Shown one piece after another: positions 47,569 through 57,506 of a stretch of 64,000 nt of DNA. The DNA lies in assembly GCA_964646765.1 (NCBI GenBank), contig CAZYIA010000003.1, positions 66,815 to 130,814 of the forward strand. Reading direction: 5' to 3'. How positions within the stretch are numbered: the first letter of the stretch is position 1; each line of letters starts with the position of its first letter. The notes beneath the pieces were generated by a model. The model was given only the letters and a program-made list of their open reading frames with translations, was not told where the DNA came from and ran no database searches. The position numbers and the translations under genes are program-made. The DNA comes from an uncultured Candidatus Saccharibacteria bacterium (GTDB lineage Bacteria > Patescibacteriota > Minisyncoccia > Phycocordibacterales > UBA9973).

Positions 47569-48155
47569 CGACTATTCATGTTTTTGAAAATGGTATAGAG
47601 CGGACCAGAACAAGTTGGGTTTTTTGCGGCAACTGCTGTTTCAAATACTTTTTGAAAAGCGTTCTGGAATGAGAGAGTGTTGTCGTAAGTGCACGTGAGA
47701 TCTTGGTTTACCCAAGCAGGGTTAGCAACTTCTGTGTAGCGAAAAGTAACTTGGCAGCCACCTGATACTTTTTTCACAATGGTTAATTTTTCGCCGCCGA
47801 GGCCTGAAACGGTCGTGGTGACAGTCGCCGGGGAACATGTTTTGAAATTTTCCTCAAAGCAGCTTTGTGTTCCACAGGTTACTGTTGAAGTTACTGACCC
47901 TTCGTATGAAATGTTTGCGTGTAACGTACCAACCTGTTGATCATCTTGGGTTGTGAGCGGGTAGTCGTTTTCTACTTTTGTAGAAACAGATTCAGTGGTT
48001 GTTATAGGGGAGTCACTAACTAGAGTGGGTGGTGGAGTAAACTCAGTTTCAGGAGGCGTTGCTATTTTTGGCTGTGACTCGAAAAAGATTCCCAAAGCAA
48101 TTATGGCTATAAGGCCAAAACCGAGAATCCCCAAAGCAAATACTTTTGGTGACAT
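47565..48155 (-). CDS. Membrane-anchored hypothetical protein with Cys-containing domain
   Basis: N-terminal TM, Pro/Thr linker, several Cys; TG-g-TATACT upstream. Confidence 0.7.
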   Translation of the reverse strand: MSPKVFALGILGFGLIAIIALGIFFESQPKIATPPETEFTPPPTLVSDSPITTTESVSTKVENDYPLTTQDDQQVGTLHANISYEGSVTSTVTCGTQSCFEENFKTCSPATVTTTVSGLGGEKLTIVKKVSGGCQVTFRYTEVANPAWVNQDLTCTYDNTLSFQNAFQKVFETAVAAKNPTCSGPLYTIFKNMNSR

Positions 48156-48210
48156 ATGGCAAAGTATACCACTGTAGCCCCTCGTTCGCTCTTTTGCTAT
48201 GCTAGGAGCT

Positions 48211-48699
48211 ATGATGTCTGACGTACATAAACGCCCTTCTTGGGATGAATACTTTATGGGTATTGCCAAGATGGTGGCTACTCGAGCTACTTGTGATCGT
48301 GGCCGCTCTGGTGCTGTAACTGTAATGGGTCATCACATTTTAACTACCGGCTATGTTGGTGCGCCGCCAGGCATTGCGCATTGTGATGATGTTGGTCATG
48401 AAATGTCGACGGTTATTGATGACGCAGGGAATGAATCCAAACACTGTATCCGCTCAACCCATGCCGAACAGAATGCTATTGTTCAAGCTGCTCGAAATGG
48501 AGTCACCCTTAAAGGAGCAACACTCTATTGTAAAATGACTCCATGCTATACCTGCGCCAAACTTATTATTACTGCTGGTATTGCGCGCGTTGTTGCCGAA
48601 AAAGATTATCATGTCGGGAATCGTACGAAGGAGGTCTTTAAAGAAGCTGGTATCCAGTTTGACCTTTTAGGAGAAATAGAAGCATATCCAAATCAATAA
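48211..48699 (+). CDS. dCMP deaminase (ComEB-like)
   Basis: RPSWDEYFM, HAEQNA, PCYTC. Confidence 0.92.
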   Translation: MMSDVHKRPSWDEYFMGIAKMVATRATCDRGRSGAVTVMGHHILTTGYVGAPPGIAHCDDVGHEMSTVIDDAGNESKHCIRSTHAEQNAIVQAARNGVTLKGATLYCKMTPCYTCAKLIITAGIARVVAEKDYHVGNRTKEVFKEAGIQFDLLGEIEAYPNQ

Positions 48700-48702
48700 T
48701 AT

Positions 48703-49035
48703 ATGTCAGTTGATCTCAAACAACTTCAAAAAGAAGTAATGCGCAACAAAATAGAGAAGGGTTTTAATACTCAAGATATGGCTCTTGAATTTTGTCGTGC
48801 ACACGAGGAACTATCCGAGGCATTTTCTAAATATAATAAAGCTGAAGCAGGCGTGGCAGAGGAATTTGCCGATGTCGCCATTTTTCTCTTGGGAATGTGT
48901 GAAACCCTTGGGTACGATTTGGAGGCTGAATTGGTTCGAAAAATTGAGATAAATAAAAAACGAAAATACCGTAAGGAAAAATCCCCCGATGGTAAAGACG
49001 TTTTCATTCGCGTAAAAACCGATGAAGATCCATGA
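48703..49035 (+). CDS. MazG-like NTP pyrophosphohydrolase
   Basis: EELSEA...EEFADV. Confidence 0.82.
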   Translation: MSVDLKQLQKEVMRNKIEKGFNTQDMALEFCRAHEELSEAFSKYNKAEAGVAEEFADVAIFLLGMCETLGYDLEAELVRKIEINKKRKYRKEKSPDGKDVFIRVKTDEDP

Positions 49036-49639
49036 TCCTATTGAAATAATTACTTTCGATTTTTTCGGAGTGCTTTGTGCCCCAATGTACGGGGGATTAT
49101 TACGCGATTTATTTCCTGGTGATCAGGTCGCGTGGAGAAAATGGATGGACCTTGTTGAGTTTGAAGTTGATATCGGAACAGTCACTGAAGATGCTTTTAT
49201 TGAGCTTCTTTCTAAAGAGTGCGGTGTTCCTGCGCCAGAATTAAAGAATCGTTCCTATGAATACGCAAAACTGAATGAATCACTCTTTGAGATTATTGCC
49301 GACCTTAAGCATTACTATCGTGTTGGTCTTTTAACTAACGCTCCACGAAGTATCATTGAGACAGCACTTAAGGAAAAATTGGAGCTTTTTAATACGGTGA
49401 CCATTTCAGGTGATATTGGCATTATCAAGCCGCACGCGGAAATTTACGAACAGTACATTAAAGCTTGTGCGCTGCCGGCGGACAGAATATTTTTTACTGA
49501 TGATAACGTACGAAATGTTGCCGCAGCTCGAGTTTCAGGAATAATTGCAACCCAGTATCTCACCATTCCTCAGTTTTTACTTGATCTTGAGCACGAGGGT
49601 GTTGTATTCCCCCGATACCAAACACTCGAGAGTATCTAA
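49022..49639 (+). CDS. HAD-family phosphatase
   Basis: FDFFGV, LTN, KP, FTDD. Confidence 0.85.
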   Translation: MKIHDPIEIITFDFFGVLCAPMYGGLLRDLFPGDQVAWRKWMDLVEFEVDIGTVTEDAFIELLSKECGVPAPELKNRSYEYAKLNESLFEIIADLKHYYRVGLLTNAPRSIIETALKEKLELFNTVTISGDIGIIKPHAEIYEQYIKACALPADRIFFTDDNVRNVAAARVSGIIATQYLTIPQFLLDLEHEGVVFPRYQTLESI

Positions 49640-50127
49640 AGGTGCTTCTCGTAGATTACAAATGAATAGGGATAGGCATGAGCTTCATCTGGAGCGTAAT
49701 CGTCTCGGAAGGCCTCTTTCCATTCTTGGTCAATTTCAGGAAAGAAAGCATCTGCGTCAAAAGAACTATTAACACGGGTAATATATAGCCGGTTAGCATA
49801 GGGGAGAAAGAGTTTATAAATTTGTGCTCCTCCAATGACAAAAATTTCTTCATCAGAATCCTTAAAAAGATTCAACGCTTCTTCAACACTGCTCACATTT
49901 TCACATCCCGGAGCTTGATAATTTTCAGTACTTCGAGAGAGGACAATGTTGCGGCGGTTAGGAAGTGGTCGGCCAATAGATTCGAACGTTTTACGGCCCA
50001 TAATTACCGGGTGGCCACTAGTAGTCTCCCGAAAATGTCGCATATCTGCTGGCAAATCCCACAGAAGCTTATTATCTTTCCCGAGTTCATTATTTATACC
50101 AATGGCTGCAATCAGAGAGAGAATCAT
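49636..50127 (-). CDS. folA: Dihydrofolate reductase
   Basis: LLWDLPADMRHF, MGRKTFESIGRPLPNR, VIGGAQIY. Confidence 0.96.
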   Translation of the reverse strand: MILSLIAAIGINNELGKDNKLLWDLPADMRHFRETTSGHPVIMGRKTFESIGRPLPNRRNIVLSRSTENYQAPGCENVSSVEEALNLFKDSDEEIFVIGGAQIYKLFLPYANRLYITRVNSSFDADAFFPEIDQEWKEAFRDDYAPDEAHAYPYSFVIYEKHL

Positions 50128-50217
50128 AGAGAGAGTGTACCACGGATCATAAAAAGTTAATCCTCTGTTTAGAGTTTCATTAGCAGCGATTTTCTATAGT
50201 TTTAAAAACCGTTCCCA

Positions 50218-50850
50218 ATGAAAAATCTATATTTCCTTACGTTATTACTCATAGCAGTAATCCTCCCCACAGCACGTGCACAAGTTGGACCTTGCCTGCA
50301 CAATCCAATTTTTTCTGACACCTGCTGCCCAATTGTAATGAATGAAATCCTTCCTGAAGGCTACAGCGGCGAAACTTGGGTTGAACTGTATAATTGCAAC
50401 CCTGATACCGCTGTAGTTCTGGAAGGGTGGTTTCTTTCTCCAAAACCGGATAGTACTTTCTTTGTTCCGTTTCCTCTCGGATACACAGTCTTACCAAATT
50501 ATTATCGAGTATTTTCGCTTCCGTTTACCATTTCGCGGTCGTTTGGGTTACTACAACTCTTTCGGCCAGACTCAACACTCGCGTACGGCATTACCTTTGA
50601 TAATGTTGCTATCGGCGAGTCGGTTGGTTATTGCGATTTAATAATTACTCGACAAACTCCCACTCCTGGATTGCCAAATAGTTGTACGGTAACAAGTATT
50701 TCTGAAGTTCCTTATACGGAAGGGAAACAGACGTTTCTCTATGACCTACTTGGCCGTAGGGTTGCTAGCCCTGTGTCAGGAATCTTTATTTCAGTCACAG
50801 AAGAACGAGGACTACGTTTAGTTAAGAAACTAACTTTACTTCGCGAATAG
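50218..50850 (+). CDS. Secreted lamin-tail-domain protein with T9SS-like C-terminal domain
   Basis: Signal peptide ending ARA-Q; IVMNEI...WVELYN...TPGLPN (LTD); YDLLGRRV...GIFI...VKK. Confidence 0.75.
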   Translation: MKNLYFLTLLLIAVILPTARAQVGPCLHNPIFSDTCCPIVMNEILPEGYSGETWVELYNCNPDTAVVLEGWFLSPKPDSTFFVPFPLGYTVLPNYYRVFSLPFTISRSFGLLQLFRPDSTLAYGITFDNVAIGESVGYCDLIITRQTPTPGLPNSCTVTSISEVPYTEGKQTFLYDLLGRRVASPVSGIFISVTEERGLRLVKKLTLLRE

Positions 50851-50920
50851 AACAAAACCCGGTACCTGCCGGGTTTCGCGCTGCTAAGCTAGCATTGACT
50901 CCATTTGTGCTTGTGGTGCA

Positions 50921-51370
50921 ATGAAGAAACAACCCTTTTATATGAGCAATAAAAATAATGATGTACAAGATAAGCTAAAAGAGAGGATTAGGGGAGTTAC
51001 CAATAATCCCAGCCTTCAAAGAAACATTTACAAAGATGTAAAAGAATACTCTGAGGGTGTTCAAATAAATTTCCTCTTCTTTTTAGAAGACCGTGAAGCC
51101 ATTATTAGACGACCACTCAAAGTTGAGTGCCATAAAGTTGATTTACCAGAAGATGACCCTCTATCATGGACAGAATTCTGCATTCCCGGAGATATTCTTT
51201 TGTCAGTTAATCGTTTCTGGTTTCAAGGTTTTCTAATAGATGGTCAGGAAAGCAACAAGGTATTTCCCGTTCTTTACTTCTATATAGAAAATTTTAGGTT
51301 ACCTTCTCTTCCTTATGGAAAAAGAATCCTCACTCGCTGTTTTCTCAGCGACTTCATCAAAGCAGTGTAA
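50921..51370 (+). CDS. Hypothetical protein
   Basis: 149-aa ORF, no recognised motif. Confidence 0.55.
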   Translation: MKKQPFYMSNKNNDVQDKLKERIRGVTNNPSLQRNIYKDVKEYSEGVQINFLFFLEDREAIIRRPLKVECHKVDLPEDDPLSWTEFCIPGDILLSVNRFWFQGFLIDGQESNKVFPVLYFYIENFRLPSLPYGKRILTRCFLSDFIKAV

Positions 51371-51410
51371 ATAGCAGATTGCTTGTATATCCCACACGCG
51401 ATCTGTTTTT

Positions 51411-51836
51411 TTATTTACGTCGATTTTGAAAATACGCAACTGCTGGAAATGATGCTTTAGCGATAGGTGAGGGAAGCGCATTAAGTGAAAACCACTCCAG
51501 CGCCTCACATTTTTCTGGCTCCTGAATTTTTGGAACACCTCTAATAATTTTCGCCTTAAAAATATTAGTTACCCAATGTTGGCTTTCTTCAGGTAAAAGA
51601 ACCTCATAAGCTGGAAGTTGTTCTAGAATTTCAATAGCTACATCAAGCTCTTCTTTCACTTCGCGAATAGCGGTTTGTTTGAGTGTTTCGCTAAAATCAA
51701 CTGTACCGCCAGGCACGCTCCATGCACCAACCTCATTTTTTGATTTTACCCCGCGCTTCATGAGTAAAAGCTCATCTTTTTCATTGAAGATGAAAACACC
51801 AACACCAAGGCCAATATAATCAACGCCAGCTTTCAT
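51411..51836 (-). CDS. NUDIX hydrolase (MutT/NUDT15-like)
   Basis: PGGTVDFSETLKQTAIREVKEE; EPEKCE..EWF. Confidence 0.9.
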   Translation of the reverse strand: MKAGVDYIGLGVGVFIFNEKDELLLMKRGVKSKNEVGAWSVPGGTVDFSETLKQTAIREVKEELDVAIEILEQLPAYEVLLPEESQHWVTNIFKAKIIRGVPKIQEPEKCEALEWFSLNALPSPIAKASFPAVAYFQNRRK

Positions 51837-51838
51837 AT

Positions 51839-52777
51839 TTATACTGCAATCGGTGCACGAATCCCTTCATGCGACGTGTAGTTTTCGAGCGTGAAGTCAT
51901 CGATAGTAAAGTCGGCGATATTTTTTACATTTGGATTTAATTTCATTGTTGGCATTGGGTAGAGAGAATCTTTTCGTGAAAGTTGCAGTTTAGCCTGTTC
52001 GATATGATTTGAATACAAGTGAACATCACCACCGGTCCACACAAAATCTCCTGGTTCGAGGCCGGTTACTTGTGCAACCATCATAACTAAAAGGGCATAC
52101 GAGGCGATATTAAATGGAACACCCAAGAAGGTATCGCAACTTCGCTGATAGAGCTGGCATGAAAGTTTTCCGTTCGCTACATAGAACTGAAAGAAACAGT
52201 GACATGGCGGCAGTCCTGCTTTTGCCATCTCATCGATGTCGGCAACATTCCATGCTGAAACAATTAATCGGCGAGAGTTCGGATTATTTTTGATGTCCTC
52301 AATAACTTTTCCAAGTTGGTCGATGTGTTTACCGTTCGGTGCTGGCCAACTTCGCCACTGGTATCCATAAATTGGGCCAAGGTTGCCATATTCTTTGGCA
52401 AATGCCGGATCGGTTTTTATTTTCTCTACGAACCCTTTCATTTGGCTGTTCCAGTCTTCACCATTCACTTCAGGAATCGGGAGATTGTTTCTTTGAAGAT
52501 ATGCCTTAAATGGCCACTCGTTCCAGATAGGGACATTGTTGTCGGCCAAGTATTTTAAATTAGTGTCACCACGAACAAACCAAATGAGTTCGTGAATAAT
52601 TGATTTCAGCGGTACTTTTTTTGTAGTGAGTAGGGGGAAGCCTTTAGAAAGATCAAATCGCATCTGGTATCCAAAGATGCTTTTTGTGCCGGTACCGGTG
52701 CGGTCACTTTTATCCGTGCCCTCGTTTATAAGCTTTTCGAGGAGAGGGAGGTACTCTCGGTCAACGTGATATTCCAT
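51839..52777 (-). CDS. thyA: Thymidylate synthase
   Basis: [37 protein letters not shown]. Confidence 0.97.
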   Translation of the reverse strand: MEYHVDREYLPLLEKLINEGTDKSDRTGTGTKSIFGYQMRFDLSKGFPLLTTKKVPLKSIIHELIWFVRGDTNLKYLADNNVPIWNEWPFKAYLQRNNLPIPEVNGEDWNSQMKGFVEKIKTDPAFAKEYGNLGPIYGYQWRSWPAPNGKHIDQLGKVIEDIKNNPNSRRLIVSAWNVADIDEMAKAGLPPCHCFFQFYVANGKLSCQLYQRSCDTFLGVPFNIASYALLVMMVAQVTGLEPGDFVWTGGDVHLYSNHIEQAKLQLSRKDSLYPMPTMKLNPNVKNIADFTIDDFTLENYTSHEGIRAPIAV

Positions 52778-52916
52778 AGGCCGATTATAGGGCAAAGTGC
52801 ACTCTTTTTCCATTTGCAAAAAATATAGGAGGAGTACAATGAAAATAAGTCCGGTCCTGTACCGTCCCCAAACTGAATATTTGTTATAACCCTTTTAAAA
52901 ACCAAAACTTAAGCAC

Positions 52917-53234
52917 ATGAAAGCTAAATTACTCATTGTGACTGTAGCTCTGCTGTTATGCCAGCTCTGTCACGCACAGCAAAACGTTTTAAACGCATCA
53001 AGCGAAGTAAAGATTTACCCCAATCCTGCTGCCGGTACGTTATATGTAGTTGTAGATACTGCATCTAAAGTAACTATCTTTAACCTATTGGGAGAACCGC
53101 TGCCTGCTGCGAATGACAAATTAGTCTCTGCTGGTCGCACCGGCTTTGATTTTACTGAAGTACCGCAAGGGTACTATCTGGTGCAAGTACTTTCGAGAGA
53201 TGAAAAGTACACAAAACGAATTTTGAAGGAATAA
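52917..53234 (+). CDS. Small secreted protein consisting of a T9SS type-A-like sorting domain
   Basis: Signal peptide ending CHA-Q; KIYPNPA, IFNLLG, GYYLVQV, TKRILKE. Confidence 0.78.
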   Translation: MKAKLLIVTVALLLCQLCHAQQNVLNASSEVKIYPNPAAGTLYVVVDTASKVTIFNLLGEPLPAANDKLVSAGRTGFDFTEVPQGYYLVQVLSRDEKYTKRILKE

Positions 53235-53304
53235 TTTTTACCCAACATGTTTTAAAAGATTAGCCCTGGCTTCCCGTCAGGTGCTTTTCTTACCTGGATG
53301 AGGG

Positions 53305-53431
53305 TTGACAAATACATATGGTTGTGTTAATTTTTAACTACCATTCTCACTTATACATAATCGGGAATGACGATTATGGAAATCAGCGTACGCAGTTGTT
53401 GTGTTAGTTCTGATTAGCCATACACAACAAT
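53305..53431 (+). promoter_or_regulatory. Sigma70-type promoter and structured leader of DEAD-box helicase
   Basis: TTGACA at 53305, TAATTT about 17 nt downstream; two hairpins in the leader. Confidence 0.55.
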
Positions 53432-54889
53432 ATGCAGAATATGCACCGAAGTGGTGCGCGCGGTAAAAATCCGACGCGTACCGGAACTTCGCAGGGAGGG
53501 CGAAAACCCCGCTCTAGCGGAGGACATTTTAATAGAGACGTCCAGCACCATGGAGGAGCGTTTCGGGCCGAAGGCCCACGACCATCATTTGGTCGTCGTA
53601 TTCACGTGCCTGGCGAAAGTCTTGGGCAGGGCAGCGAAAGCCGTCAATCAAAGCCGCAAGGCTTCCGTAGCCACGGAAGCAGTACTTTTCGTGCTCCGCG
53701 AACCGGAGGCTTTCGTGGCCGCTCGCAGGGCGGTTTTCGTGGAGGTGGAAGTCGTGGTGGTAATCGAGGCGGTGGTCGCAGTCGCGGCGAACGCATTGAT
53801 TACAGTCGTTTTATTCGTAAGGCAGAACTCGTAGAAGTAAAACCATACGTAGCCCAGCATTCATTTGTTGATTTTCCTTTTGACGCTCGTCTTGCAAAAA
53901 ATATAGAAAAGAAAGGATACGAAAAACCAACGCCAATTCAAGATCAAGCGATTCCATTTAGTTTGCTTGGCCGTGACATTTTTGGTTTGGCTAATACAGG
54001 AACAGGTAAAACAGCAGCCTTTCTCTTGCCGCTCATTCAAAAAGTATTAAACAGTCGCAAAGAACAAGTTCTTATTCTTGCGCCAACACGTGAACTTGCT
54101 CTCCAAATTGAAAAAGAATTTATTGAGTTTACCTACGGCACCAGCTTGTTTTCTGTGTCAGCTGTTGGTGGTATGCCAATTTTCCGTCAGATTACGAAAC
54201 TTAAGCGCGGAGTTTCCTTTGTTATTGGAACCCCAGGCCGTGTAAAAGATCTGATTGATCGCAAAGCACTTAATCTGGGAACTTTCAAATCAATCGTGCT
54301 CGATGAAGCTGATCGCATGCTTGATATGGGATTCCGTGATGACATGGAGTTTGTGATGAATAAAATGGGGGAAGATCGCCAAACGCTCTTTTTCTCAGCA
54401 ACAATCTCGCCAGACATTCGTAAACTTTCTGAAAAGTATCTCAAGGATCCTGAGTTTATTTCAGTTGTTGTTCGCGAAACTTCAAAGAATATTGATCAGG
54501 ATGTTGTCCGAGTTCTTTCTCGTGACAAGAAAATTGATCAGCTCCACGATATTCTTATCGGTGAGCAGGACAGCAAGATTCTTATCTTTAGTGAAACTAA
54601 GCGTGATGTTGATCGCCTTGCACGTGAATTAGTCGCTCGCGGTTTCCGCGTTGGGGCTATTCACGGCGACAAGCGTAACCGTGAACGTGTACGCACTCTT
54701 GAAGATTTCAAAACTGGCCGCATCGGTATTTTGATTGCTACCGACGTTGCTGCTCGCGGACTTGATATCCCAGATGTGACACATGTTATTAACTACGATG
54801 TGCCGCAAACGTACGATACCTACGTACACCGCATTGGCCGAACTGGCCGCGCAGGGAAGACTGGAAAAGCGTTAACCTTCGTTCATTAG
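53432..54889 (+). CDS. DEAD-box RNA helicase with N-terminal RG-rich tail
   Basis: PTPIQ, TGTGKT, PTRELA, DEAD, SAT, ARGLD, HRIGRTGR. Confidence 0.96.
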   Translation: MQNMHRSGARGKNPTRTGTSQGGRKPRSSGGHFNRDVQHHGGAFRAEGPRPSFGRRIHVPGESLGQGSESRQSKPQGFRSHGSSTFRAPRTGGFRGRSQGGFRGGGSRGGNRGGGRSRGERIDYSRFIRKAELVEVKPYVAQHSFVDFPFDARLAKNIEKKGYEKPTPIQDQAIPFSLLGRDIFGLANTGTGKTAAFLLPLIQKVLNSRKEQVLILAPTRELALQIEKEFIEFTYGTSLFSVSAVGGMPIFRQITKLKRGVSFVIGTPGRVKDLIDRKALNLGTFKSIVLDEADRMLDMGFRDDMEFVMNKMGEDRQTLFFSATISPDIRKLSEKYLKDPEFISVVVRETSKNIDQDVVRVLSRDKKIDQLHDILIGEQDSKILIFSETKRDVDRLARELVARGFRVGAIHGDKRNRERVRTLEDFKTGRIGILIATDVAARGLDIPDVTHVINYDVPQTYDTYVHRIGRTGRAGKTGKALTFVH

Positions 54890-54892
54890 GAC

Positions 54893-54932
54893 TAAAGTCA
54901 AAAAGCCGCCTAAAGGCGGCTTTTTGACTTTA
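54893..54932 (+). terminator. Strong intrinsic terminator
   Basis: taaagtcaaaaagccgcc-taaa-ggcggctttttgacttta. Confidence 0.88.
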
Positions 54933-55003
54933 TCGGTATTTTTAGTACAGTTCGGATAACCTATAAAAACATTAAATATTTTTTTTAACCTCAATCAATT
55001 TTT

Positions 55004-55378
55004 ATGAAGCCACAAAACAGCAATGGCGTTACTTTGGTTAGCTATATTCGCCAAATAGCTATTTTACTTAGCAATGTTCTTTACTTATTCGATGCTCCCG
55101 AGCGCGAAAAACATAAGGACCATAGCGAGCCCCCGAAAGATAAGACCTTAGGCGGCAATATTCCGCACGCATCATGGGTATTACCTATCATCATCAATAT
55201 CCTTCGGAGCGTACCCGCCCCTGACATGGAGCAGGAACTAAAGTTCCTAACTGCCGACCTCGACCTGACCGTGGAGGATAATTTCAAAAAGTTGCAGGAT
55301 TTTGTGGCTAAGCTCAAAGCGTTTAACAGCGCCTTTTCGCAAACCAGCGACAAGTATGAAGAGCATATCCACGATTAA
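55004..55378 (+). CDS. Hypothetical protein
   Basis: 124-aa ORF between two terminator-like hairpins. Confidence 0.55.
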   Translation: MKPQNSNGVTLVSYIRQIAILLSNVLYLFDAPEREKHKDHSEPPKDKTLGGNIPHASWVLPIIINILRSVPAPDMEQELKFLTADLDLTVEDNFKKLQDFVAKLKAFNSAFSQTSDKYEEHIHD

Positions 55379-55546
55379 CCAATTCAGCCGGTTACAAAAT
55401 GAGAAGGTGCAGCTAAACTTTACGGTTTATCTGCACTTTTTCTTTTTATCTTTTTCAGTGTATGATGGGGGCACGTAACCTCGTTCAGGCTTATGGTATA
55501 ACGATTCCACAACGCTTTTCCTATTATTTCTTAAGCTTATTTTGCT

Positions 55547-56803
55547 ATGCACTATCTCGAACAAGACCCTGAAATTTTCGCCGCTTTAAAAGGTGAAGAA
55601 AAGCGCCAAAAAGAAGGCCTCGAACTTATTCCTTCGGAAAACTACGTTTCCAAAGCCGTGCTTGAAGCGAACGGTTCTATTTTCACCAACAAATACTCAG
55701 AAGGATATCCAGGTCGCCGTTACTATGGTGGACAAGAATTTACTGATGTTGTTGAGCGTTTAGCAATTGAGCGCATTTGTAAACTCTTTAACTGTAAATT
55801 TGCCAACGTTCAGCCGCACTCAGGTGCACCAGCAAACTTAGCTGTGTATGCCGCACTCCTTGAACCAGGCGACACTGTGCTTGGTATGGATCTCTCACAT
55901 GGCGGTCACTTAACGCACGGTCACCCAATGACGCTGCCTGCTAAGATCTACAAATTCGTCACCTACAAGATGAAAGATCCTGACACAGGTGAAATTGATT
56001 ACGATCATCTCCGTCAAATGACACTTGAACACAAACCAAAAATTATTTTGGCTGGTTTTTCTGCATACCCTCGCACTCTCGACTACAAAAAATTTGTTGA
56101 GATTGCTAAAGAAGTTGGGGCAATTACGATGGCTGACATGGCACACATCGCAGGTTTGATTGCTGGTAAGGCGCTCCGCAATCCATTTGATGATGGTTTT
56201 GATATCATCACGTCAACTACTCATAAAACTCTTCGTGGTCCACGCGGGGGGATCATTCTCACTCGAGAAAATGAAGAGATCGCCAAGAAAATCGACAAAT
56301 CTATTTTCCCTGGAATTCAAGGTGGTCCACACATGCACACTATCGCTGCGAAGGCCGTTGCCTTCGGCGAAGCATTAACGCCTGCGTATCAAACCTACGT
56401 ACAGCAGATTTTGAAAAATGCCAAGGCAATGGAAGCTGTGCTCAAAGAGAAAGGTGTTCGGATGATTGGTGGGGGAACCGATAACCACCTTATCCTCGCC
56501 GACGTATTTGGCTCACTTGGTGTTACTGGAAAAGAAGCGCAAACAGTACTCGACGAAGTTGGAATTACACTCAACATGAACTCAATTGCTGGTGACACGC
56601 GCAAGCCGCTCGATCCATCAGGTATTCGTTTTGGCACTCCAGCTATCACTACTCGTGGCTTTAAAGAAAAAGAATGTGCCGAAGTTGCCGAACTCTTGAT
56701 TGAAACACTCAAAAATAAAGACGACGCAGAAAAGAAAAAAGAAATTCGGGCAAAAGTTTTGGCACTTGCTGAAAAATTCCCGATTCCGGAGAAGTTTGTG
56801 TAG
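55547..56803 (+). CDS. glyA: Serine hydroxymethyltransferase
   Basis: LIPSENY, EGYPGRRYYGG, GGHLTHG, TTHKTLRGPRGG. Confidence 0.97.
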   Translation: MHYLEQDPEIFAALKGEEKRQKEGLELIPSENYVSKAVLEANGSIFTNKYSEGYPGRRYYGGQEFTDVVERLAIERICKLFNCKFANVQPHSGAPANLAVYAALLEPGDTVLGMDLSHGGHLTHGHPMTLPAKIYKFVTYKMKDPDTGEIDYDHLRQMTLEHKPKIILAGFSAYPRTLDYKKFVEIAKEVGAITMADMAHIAGLIAGKALRNPFDDGFDIITSTTHKTLRGPRGGIILTRENEEIAKKIDKSIFPGIQGGPHMHTIAAKAVAFGEALTPAYQTYVQQILKNAKAMEAVLKEKGVRMIGGGTDNHLILADVFGSLGVTGKEAQTVLDEVGITLNMNSIAGDTRKPLDPSGIRFGTPAITTRGFKEKECAEVAELLIETLKNKDDAEKKKEIRAKVLALAEKFPIPEKFV

Positions 56804-56807
56804 CTCT

Positions 56808-57506
56808 ATGTCGGCTACGAAGAAAAAAGGAAAATTAATTGTTATTGATGGAACTGACGGCTCGGGTAAAGCAACTCAAGCTGCGCTTTTGGCTGCGCAT
56901 TTAAAGAAAGCAGGCTATAAAGTAGCAACCATTGATTTTCCGCAATATGGCGATAATTTTTTTGGTGAATTTCTTGGACGTTGTCTGTCGCGTCAGTACT
57001 ATAACTTCGTGAAGGTCCACCCTAAAATTGCTTCAGTTTTGTATGCAGCAGACCGTTGGGAGTCAAAAGAAAAAATTGAAGGTTGGCTTAACAAAGGTTA
57101 CATCGTGATTGCTGATCGCTATGTGTCAGCAAACCAAATTCACCAAGGTGGAAAAATAACGAGCACTAAGAAGCGCCGAGACTTTTTGAAGTGGCTCGAT
57201 GAGATGGAATACAACGTATTTAAAATTCCACGACCAAACCTGGTACTATACTTGTCACTACCACTTACTACCATGCGCTCTCTGATTAAAGAGCGCAATA
57301 AAAAAGAAGTCCGTGCCTATCTTGGCAAGGGGAAGGACGTACACGAAAAAGACATGGCGCACTTAGCGAATGCTCGCGAGAGTGCACTCAAGTTAGTGAA
57401 AGAGCTCAACAATTTCAAAAAAATTGACTGTGCTCCTGAAGGTAACCTTTTACCACCACCAGTTATTCACGAAAAAGTTTTTGAAGAAGTCTCAAAAATT
57501 ATATGA
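56808..57506 (+). CDS. tmk: Thymidylate kinase
   Basis: DGTDGSGKATQ, LYAADR, ADRY. Confidence 0.92.
   Translation: MSATKKKGKLIVIDGTDGSGKATQAALLAAHLKKAGYKVATIDFPQYGDNFFGEFLGRCLSRQYYNFVKVHPKIASVLYAADRWESKEKIEGWLNKGYIVIADRYVSANQIHQGGKITSTKKRRDFLKWLDEMEYNVFKIPRPNLVLYLSLPLTTMRSLIKERNKKEVRAYLGKGKDVHEKDMAHLANARESALKLVKELNNFKKIDCAPEGNLLPPPVIHEKVFEEVSKII

Noticed and set aside
55461-55546. ZTP or THF riboswitch before glyA
   Set aside because: Only a weak tcgtt/aacga stem; known consensus elements were not recognisable.
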